From positions 1-31,088 of the IMG/VR virus record IMGVR_UViG_3300005512_000209: a stretch of 31,088 nucleotides of DNA; one strand, written 5' to 3'. The position numbers and the translations under genes are program-made. The first letter of the stretch is position 1. Each line of letters begins with the position of its first letter. Below, piece by piece: positions 25,395-31,088 of this stretch. Source of the DNA: a virus. Its lineage: Duplodnaviria > Caudoviricetes. The notes under the pieces are model-generated. The model had not been told where the DNA came from and did no database searches. It was given only the letters and a program-made list of their open reading frames with translations.

Positions 25395-26960
25395 CTAACC
25401 CAGCATGTCGAACCAGGATCGGTGAGACGCCTGACCCTGTTCCTCGAGGGTCCAGCGCATGTTGATCTGGCTGGTGGCGTCCATGTCGTCATCGTTGGCG
25501 CCCAAGGGGAACGCGACGATGTTCTCGAGCCAGTCGCCGACCCAGGGGGCGACGGACGGATCGGGCGGGATGATGGCCCCGGACTCACCGGCGCGCTCCA
25601 CGAAGCGGGCGCGGGCTCCCTTGCTCTTGTCGTCGCCGGGGGTGTCCTTGGACGGGTGGAAGCGCACGAGCGCGACGCCCATGTAGGCGGGTTCCCTGGC
25701 GTCCAGGTAGTTCGTGCCGTTCGCCGTGTCCTCGACCAAGCACCCGCCCTGGGTGCGGACGATGAACCGGCACCACTTCGCGATCATGGCGTCCATGGCC
25801 TGGAAGTACTCGATGGACCCCATACGGGCGTAGACCCGGTCGAGCGGGTAGCGCTTGCCGTCCTTCTTGGCCCAGCACTGGATGGCGTTGAAGTCAGCAA
25901 GCGCAGTGCCCTTCTTCGCAGCGTCGGCAGAGATCCAGACCTCGTCCGCGGTGGCGGCGATGTCCTCGGGTTGGCAGTGGTAGCGCTCTCGGAACCACTC
26001 GCGCTTGATCATGCCGCCCTCGAGGGGGGTTGGGCGCTGCTGGTAGAGGCTGGCCCAGACCCGCTCGCCGACGCCTGCCTTGATGCGCTCGAGGTGCTCG
26101 AGGGGGTAGCGCTCCGGGTGCAAGGCCTCGCCCTCGCGGCGGAACTCCTCGTCCTTCTCAGCGATGGCGGGGTAGCTGACGACCTCCCAGCCCTCGTCGG
26201 GCTGCCGGAGCACGAGCCCGGTCAGGTCCTCGTGGTGCCACCTGGTCGCCATGATGATGATTCCGCCGCCGGGGGCCAGGCGGGTGTAGGCGACGGACTG
26301 ATACCAGGACCACAGGCGGCGGCGCTCGGTTGGCGACTCGGCCGCGGCCATATCCTTGATTGGGTCATCGATGCACAGGACGTGAGCTCCGCGCCCGGTG
26401 AGAGGCCCGCCGACACCGACGGCCTTGTACCCGCCGCCCCCGGGCACCTTCCAGTTGTTGACCCTGTCCACGTCCGTCCGCTTGTAGTCGGCGTAATAGG
26501 TCTTCTCGGGCTTCTTGGGGCGCAGGTGCGGAAACACGTCCAAGGCGTCGCCTCGGGCCACTTCGCGGGCGTCGCGGCTGTTGTCGTCGGCGAGTTCTTG
26601 GCCGTAGGACGCGCAGACGAACTCGTGGTCAGGGTAGAGGGCCAGGTGCCAGTCCGGGTAGCGCCGGCTGACGATGTGGGTCTTGCCGTGCCGGGGCGGC
26701 ATGGCGATCACGAGCCGTGGGGACTCACCGGCCTCGACCTGGCGTGAGAAGCGGGACAGGCGGCGGCACAGGTCGCGGTGAACCCATCCGGCTTGGTAGT
26801 TGGGCGGACTGGTGTACTGCACGAACCGGAGCAGGCTGTCGGGGTGGTCGGTGCGCTCGGCCACGGTCAGGAGGTGACGACGCCACCGCTCCTCCTCCCG
26901 CGCCTCACGCTCGCGCCTGTACCGGAGCAGGGGATCGTCGCTGGTGAGGGCTTGGCGCAT
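25395..26960 (-). CDS. terL: Terminase large subunit (521 aa)
   Basis: Walker A MPPRHGKT, GGPLTGRGA, Walker B LCIDDP, TRWHHEDL, LYQQRP, nuclease FP.G.NDDDMDA. Confidence 0.96.
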   Translation of the reverse strand: MRQALTSDDPLLRYRREREAREEERWRRHLLTVAERTDHPDSLLRFVQYTSPPNYQAGWVHRDLCRRLSRFSRQVEAGESPRLVIAMPPRHGKTHIVSRRYPDWHLALYPDHEFVCASYGQELADDNSRDAREVARGDALDVFPHLRPKKPEKTYYADYKRTDVDRVNNWKVPGGGGYKAVGVGGPLTGRGAHVLCIDDPIKDMAAAESPTERRRLWSWYQSVAYTRLAPGGGIIIMATRWHHEDLTGLVLRQPDEGWEVVSYPAIAEKDEEFRREGEALHPERYPLEHLERIKAGVGERVWASLYQQRPTPLEGGMIKREWFRERYHCQPEDIAATADEVWISADAAKKGTALADFNAIQCWAKKDGKRYPLDRVYARMGSIEYFQAMDAMIAKWCRFIVRTQGGCLVEDTANGTNYLDAREPAYMGVALVRFHPSKDTPGDDKSKGARARFVERAGESGAIIPPDPSVAPWVGDWLENIVAFPLGANDDDMDATSQINMRWTLEEQGQASHRSWFDMLG

Positions 26961-26963
26961 GGG

Positions 26964-27449
26964 CTACTCGACCGGCTCGTGACGCCCGCCGCTGACCTCG
27001 CGCAGTTCGATCACCTTGCCCGCGCGCTCCCTCTCCATCCGGGCGATCTCGGCGTCGAGCTCTTCGTCGGACAAATGGCGCTCGGGGCGGGCTGTCACGT
27101 CGATGCCGCCGGAGAGGTGGAGCCGGTGCGGGGACTCGATGCCGAGGACGCGGGACTCGATGGAGAGCAGGTTGGTGTAGGTCCGCAACTCCCCCCGCTG
27201 GAGCGCGATGTTCTGTCCCAACCTGACCCTGGCCAGCCACCCGGCGCGCTCGTCCTCGATGGCGGCGGTCTTGATCGCGTCGCGCCACTGCGCCTCCACT
27301 CGCGCCCGCCATGCCTGGATGGTGCGGCGCGTGACCCCGTGCCGCTTCGCAAGCTGGCGCTGGGCCTGCCTCGACCACTTGCCAGCCATCAGCACGGCCT
27401 CGACCTCGTCCAGGCCCACGGAGCGCTGTTCCCTGGTCAGCTTGGGCAT
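26964..27449 (-). CDS. terS: Terminase small subunit, HTH-containing (161 aa)
   Basis: HTH LAKRHGVTRRTIQAW; C-terminal LSDEEL; immediately upstream of terL. Confidence 0.75.
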   Translation of the reverse strand: MPKLTREQRSVGLDEVEAVLMAGKWSRQAQRQLAKRHGVTRRTIQAWRARVEAQWRDAIKTAAIEDERAGWLARVRLGQNIALQRGELRTYTNLLSIESRVLGIESPHRLHLSGGIDVTARPERHLSDEELDAEIARMERERAGKVIELREVSGGRHEPVE

Positions 27450-27452
27450 GGG

Positions 27453-28604
27453 CTACTCCAGGGCGCCGGGGCCTGGGTCCTTGCCGTGCTCCTTCGCCCA
27501 GCGGGTCCAGCGGCGCCGGATGACGTCGCAGTAGCGGGGGTCGAGTTCGATGCAGCGGGCGACCCGACCCGTGAGCGCGCAGGCGATGAGGGTGGTGCCG
27601 GAGCCAGCGAAGGGGTCGAAGACCACCTTGGCGGCAGGCGCGAACTCCAAGCACCATAGGATGACAGGCAGCGGCTTCTGGGTGATGTGCTCCTTCTTCT
27701 CGTGGCTCCAGTGGTGGCGCAGGACGCGGACTCGTCGACCGAAGTTCGTCCATGCCAGTTCAGCCTCGGCAAAGGAGAGACCGGGTAGCTTCTTGTCCCA
27801 TACGAGCCAGTCATTGGATGTCGGTAGATCGTTGAAGTAGTTCCCGCCCCAAACGCACACCATCGGCGCCTCGGCGAGCAGCCACGCCACTCTTGGCGCC
27901 TCTCTGTCCCACTCGGTCGATCCGCGCTGACCATCAACCTTGGCGCGCGACCCCTTACGCTTACGGTCGTTTGCCCCCATTCCGAACTTCTGCGCATCGA
28001 TGCCGTATGGAGGGTCGGTGATCACTACGTCCGGGCTGGTCTCATGCAAGGCCGCCTCGACGACGGTCGAGTCTTCGCAGTCCCCGCACACCAGCCGATG
28101 CGGCCCAAGCTCGTAGACCTCGCCAGGCTGCGAGTCGGGCGGGCCTGCGTCCGGCTCGGGTGCATCATCGTCACCCTCAGACGGCTCGATGGAGGGCTCC
28201 ACTTCCGCGAGCAGGGCCTCCAACTCCTCATCATCCCAGCCCAGTCCCTCGAGCGCGTCCTCGTCGTCCAGCGACTTGAGCAGATCCGTCAGGGTGTCGG
28301 TGTCCCACTCCGCGGTCTCGGCGCTACGGTTGAGGATCAGCCCCAGGCGGGTGGCGTCCACGCCGCCCAGGTCCACCTCGGCCACCATGGCCTCCTCGAC
28401 TCCCATCGCCCGCAGCTCGGCCAGTCGGCAGTTGCCACCGATCACGCGCCCGGTGCCCTTCTGGACCACCAGCGCCTCGACCTGCCCGAACTCCTTGAGG
28501 CTGGACCGGACCGCGGCCCGGTTGCGCTCCGGGTGCTTGCGGGCGTTCGCGGGGTCCTCGTGGAGCGTGTCGATTCGCACACTCTTGAACTCGACCTGTG
28601 CCAT
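27453..28604 (-). CDS. ParB-like N-terminal domain fused to a beta-class N6A/N4C DNA methyltransferase (383 aa)
   Basis: ATG 28604 with GAGGT SD; PANARKH...SLKEFG...VIGGNCRL; LGPHRLVCGD; motif IV TDPPY precedes motif I DPFAGSGTT; HITQKP. Confidence 0.92.
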   Translation of the reverse strand: MAQVEFKSVRIDTLHEDPANARKHPERNRAAVRSSLKEFGQVEALVVQKGTGRVIGGNCRLAELRAMGVEEAMVAEVDLGGVDATRLGLILNRSAETAEWDTDTLTDLLKSLDDEDALEGLGWDDEELEALLAEVEPSIEPSEGDDDAPEPDAGPPDSQPGEVYELGPHRLVCGDCEDSTVVEAALHETSPDVVITDPPYGIDAQKFGMGANDRKRKGSRAKVDGQRGSTEWDREAPRVAWLLAEAPMVCVWGGNYFNDLPTSNDWLVWDKKLPGLSFAEAELAWTNFGRRVRVLRHHWSHEKKEHITQKPLPVILWCLEFAPAAKVVFDPFAGSGTTLIACALTGRVARCIELDPRYCDVIRRRWTRWAKEHGKDPGPGALE

Positions 28605-28797
28605 ATCACACACCTCAGTATGAAGAACTTCCTTCACCCACCCTACCACGCCCCTGCCCGCGCTCGCCACCCATTGCCAGCACGGGCGCTGTCTCCACTC
28701 CACACCCCTGCACCGCGCCCCACGCCAGCCCTCGACCTATCCCCATGGGTCCAGACGGGCGCGGAACCTCACCCCACGCTCCAACGTCACTTTTCCC

Positions 28798-29073
28798 GAA
28801 ACCGCTGATCCCGCACTGATCCCACTGCCCGGTTTCAGTTCCGCCTTGCTTCAACCTACCTTTTCGACACCTGTTACCACTGATCCCACTAGTTGAACTA
28901 GACCCTAGAGGAGATCGGCAGTAGCGCGAACGGAGCGCGACTCTGCTACAGCCCCTCTCATATACATGGCTATGCGTTTTGGTGGCTACAGTGGTAACAG
29001 GCAGCGATACGCGAGGTTCAACCTGGCCGTTCCTGAAACCAAACCTTGGTTTCACCCTGGGATCAGCGGTTTC
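28798..29073. repeat. Nested inverted and direct repeats, candidate replication origin
   Basis: GAAACCGCTGATCCC 28798-812 / 29059-73; GGTTTCAG 28831-38 / 29033-40; CCTGTTACCACTG 28870-82 / 28989-29001; direct repeat CACTGATCCCACT at 28814 and 28878; AT-richer core. Confidence 0.7.
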
Positions 29074-29090
29074 AGCAAAACGCGCCCGCA

Positions 29091-31088
29091 TCAGGACCAG
29101 TCCTCGACGATCCCGGCCTCGACCAGGGCATCTCGACGGATCGCGTACATCCTGACGGGCAGCCCATCGACTCGGCGCGTGATCTTGTTTCGCCCCTTGG
29201 TCGTCATCATCCACCCGCGCTCCATCCACCGCTCGACGATCCCGCTGACCTGATCCTCGCGGACCCCTCCCGAGGACATCGCCACGTTCAGCGCCTCGGG
29301 CTTGAGCAGGATTGCATCCCACAGTTCGTTGTCGCTCCACGAGCCGACCCATCCAAGCCCAGGAGGCCGCTCCTTGTCCTCGTCGTGCCGCCCCCAGAAC
29401 CAAGACTGGTGGGTAGCCGCCCACGCCCACACGGCCTCCAGCGCATCCCTGGGCCTGTCTGCATCCTGGCCGCCCTTGACGGCGTTGGCGTGCGCGTATC
29501 GGATCGGGTCCGCGCCCGCTGGTGGATGCGGGACACCGCAAGCGTGGACGACATCGCGCGCCACCTCGAGCAGCGCAACGATATCCCCGAGCCTGCCAGC
29601 AACAGGGGAGTGCCTGACCAGCCTGTCCCCGTGCGACTTCCTGGCCTGCTTGTAGCTCTCGATCAGCCGCTTGCGCTCGCCCGCGTTCCCCACCAGGCGC
29701 TCGAGCACGCGCGGCAGCAGGTGCCCGTAGTGCTCCGACGTGACCGCGGCGATGGCATCAGCCTGCTCCCGCGAGTCGAGCGGGTCTCCCACCAGGCACA
29801 GCGTCCGCGCCCTGGCCCCAGCGTCAGCCGTGAAGCTGGTAGCCCGCTCTTCTCCGGTAGACAGCGCGACCGACCGCCACGTCTCCGTGCTCCGGAGCCC
29901 TACGCCCTGACCCCTCGTGCCAGGCTTCCCGCGCAGTTTCCCGGTCCCTCCGCTCTGCATGTACAGGATGTTCGCCACGTTCTCCTTCTTGGGCGCGTTC
30001 TTCGTGTCGTCCAGCAGCGGCGGCAGGTTCCGCAGCAGCGAGCAGTACCCCTCGATCCCGGCCGCCGAGGTGTTCCACTTCTGGATGATGCGGCCCGGGT
30101 TGCCGACCACCGACGCGGCCAGCCGTAGGATCGTCGTCTTGCCGCCGGTCGTCTCGCTCGACCAGTCCACCGTCGAGCCGTCGCTGATGTTCAGGTACTC
30201 GAGCAGGATGGACGCGACAGGGGCGTAGACCGCGAGCCACGCGGAGTCGCACGTCCCGAGGTGCTCCACCACCCAGAGCCAACCCTCCCACGTCCCGCGA
30301 CACCCGTACTCGACCACGATCCTCGACGTGTCCTCGTCCCCGCGCCACTGCACCGGGTTTTCCTGCGACCCGTACCACCGATCCCCGAGCAGGAATCCAC
30401 CCCGGAACCAGCCCATACGCGAGGCCGTCAGCCCGGCCGGGATGATCCCCGAGTTCGCGGCCTGGCTGTCGTCCAGGTAGTGGACCAGGGCCGAGGCGTT
30501 GACGCTGGTCACCGGCGCCCCGTCGTGAGCGAGCCCCACCAACTTCCTGGCGTCCATAGCGTCGGTGGCCTGGACGACGTGGGTGGTGTAGCGCCCATCC
30601 CAACTGGGCCATGCAAGCTCGTAGGCGTGTGCGCCAGTGTCGGCGTCCACCAGCCTGCCTGTCACCCAGATCGAGGCCGTAGCCACCCTCTCGAGGCGCT
30701 CGCCTTCTCCATCGATCTTGACCTGCCAGATGCCACGGTGATCGACGTGCCACCCGTGCGGGATCTTCCACCCGTCCGGGACGCAGCGCGGCAGCTCGAG
30801 CTCTTCCCGCTCGCCAGCCACGCGCAGCTTCGGACGCTTGGCCACCAGCTTGTCCAGGCGACGGGCGCTGGCATGCAGCCCCTTCACTCCGCCGAGCCTG
30901 GCCATGCACGCAGCCCACGCCCCTGCATCCTCGGCAGCGAGCACGCGCAATGTCTCCAACGAGTCTTCCGACCCGAGGATCGCCGCGAGAGCATCGGTGG
31001 ACGCCTGCCTGTCGCCAGCCTCGACCACCCCTGAGATCAGCGCCACGGCCTGCGCTCGAACATCATCGAGCCATTCAGCGGCGCTCAT
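29091..31088 (-). CDS. DUF927-domain replicative helicase/NTPase (665 aa; true start may lie beyond the window)
   Basis: RMGW, GTWEGW, Walker A SETTGGKTT, Walker B LLDD, LSTGE, GARAR, EHYGH motifs; located upstream of the packaging module. Confidence 0.85.
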   Translation of the reverse strand: MSAAEWLDDVRAQAVALISGVVEAGDRQASTDALAAILGSEDSLETLRVLAAEDAGAWAACMARLGGVKGLHASARRLDKLVAKRPKLRVAGEREELELPRCVPDGWKIPHGWHVDHRGIWQVKIDGEGERLERVATASIWVTGRLVDADTGAHAYELAWPSWDGRYTTHVVQATDAMDARKLVGLAHDGAPVTSVNASALVHYLDDSQAANSGIIPAGLTASRMGWFRGGFLLGDRWYGSQENPVQWRGDEDTSRIVVEYGCRGTWEGWLWVVEHLGTCDSAWLAVYAPVASILLEYLNISDGSTVDWSSETTGGKTTILRLAASVVGNPGRIIQKWNTSAAGIEGYCSLLRNLPPLLDDTKNAPKKENVANILYMQSGGTGKLRGKPGTRGQGVGLRSTETWRSVALSTGEERATSFTADAGARARTLCLVGDPLDSREQADAIAAVTSEHYGHLLPRVLERLVGNAGERKRLIESYKQARKSHGDRLVRHSPVAGRLGDIVALLEVARDVVHACGVPHPPAGADPIRYAHANAVKGGQDADRPRDALEAVWAWAATHQSWFWGRHDEDKERPPGLGWVGSWSDNELWDAILLKPEALNVAMSSGGVREDQVSGIVERWMERGWMMTTKGRNKITRRVDGLPVRMYAIRRDALVEAGIVEDWS

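Larger units (their letters stand above)
1..31088 (-). mobile_element. Tailed phage/prophage segment (contractile tail): replication, packaging, head, neck, tail and baseplate modules; extends beyond both window edges
   Basis: Canonical co-oriented order terS-terL-portal-gp7-protease-decoration-capsid-neck-sheath-tube-chaperone-TMP-baseplate-fibre, with many overlapping stop/start codons. No att site or integrase in the window, so phage versus prophage is unresolved. Confidence 0.97.

Noticed and set aside
28798-29073. CRISPR array or IS/MITE ends
   Set aside because: Repeats are short, irregularly spaced and nested; no spacer periodicity, transposase or target duplication.
28615-29541. 308-aa minus-strand and 95-aa plus-strand ORFs across the repeat region
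   Set aside because: Low-complexity translations overlapping the helicase and the palindromic region; no SD or motif support.

Overview
The window is a contiguous, very GC-rich segment of a tailed dsDNA phage or prophage with a contractile tail. On the minus strand, read right to left, it encodes a DUF927-type replicative helicase, a repeat-rich intergenic region (candidate origin), a ParB-like/DNA methyltransferase fusion, TerS, TerL, a DUF1073-type portal, and a gp7/MuF-type head protein carrying a 175-aa mini-intein. These are followed by a DUF2213-type protease/scaffold, a decoration protein, a DUF2184-type major capsid, neck proteins, sheath, tube, a tail chaperone with a -1 frameshift site, tape measure, baseplate genes and a beta-propeller tail-tip protein. 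A 3.7-kb plus-strand cassette of about 12 small, mostly translationally coupled genes (two lipoproteins, an RHH-like regulator with a palindromic operator, Zn-finger-like proteins) splits the head module. The most interesting inference is a recurrent R-x-D motif at domain boundaries of the head proteins. It suggests a maturation-protease code that would release a 113-aa C-terminal cargo domain from the portal inside the capsid. No integrase, lysis genes, tRNA or CRISPR array was seen. Family names come from motif recognition and gene order, not from database searches.
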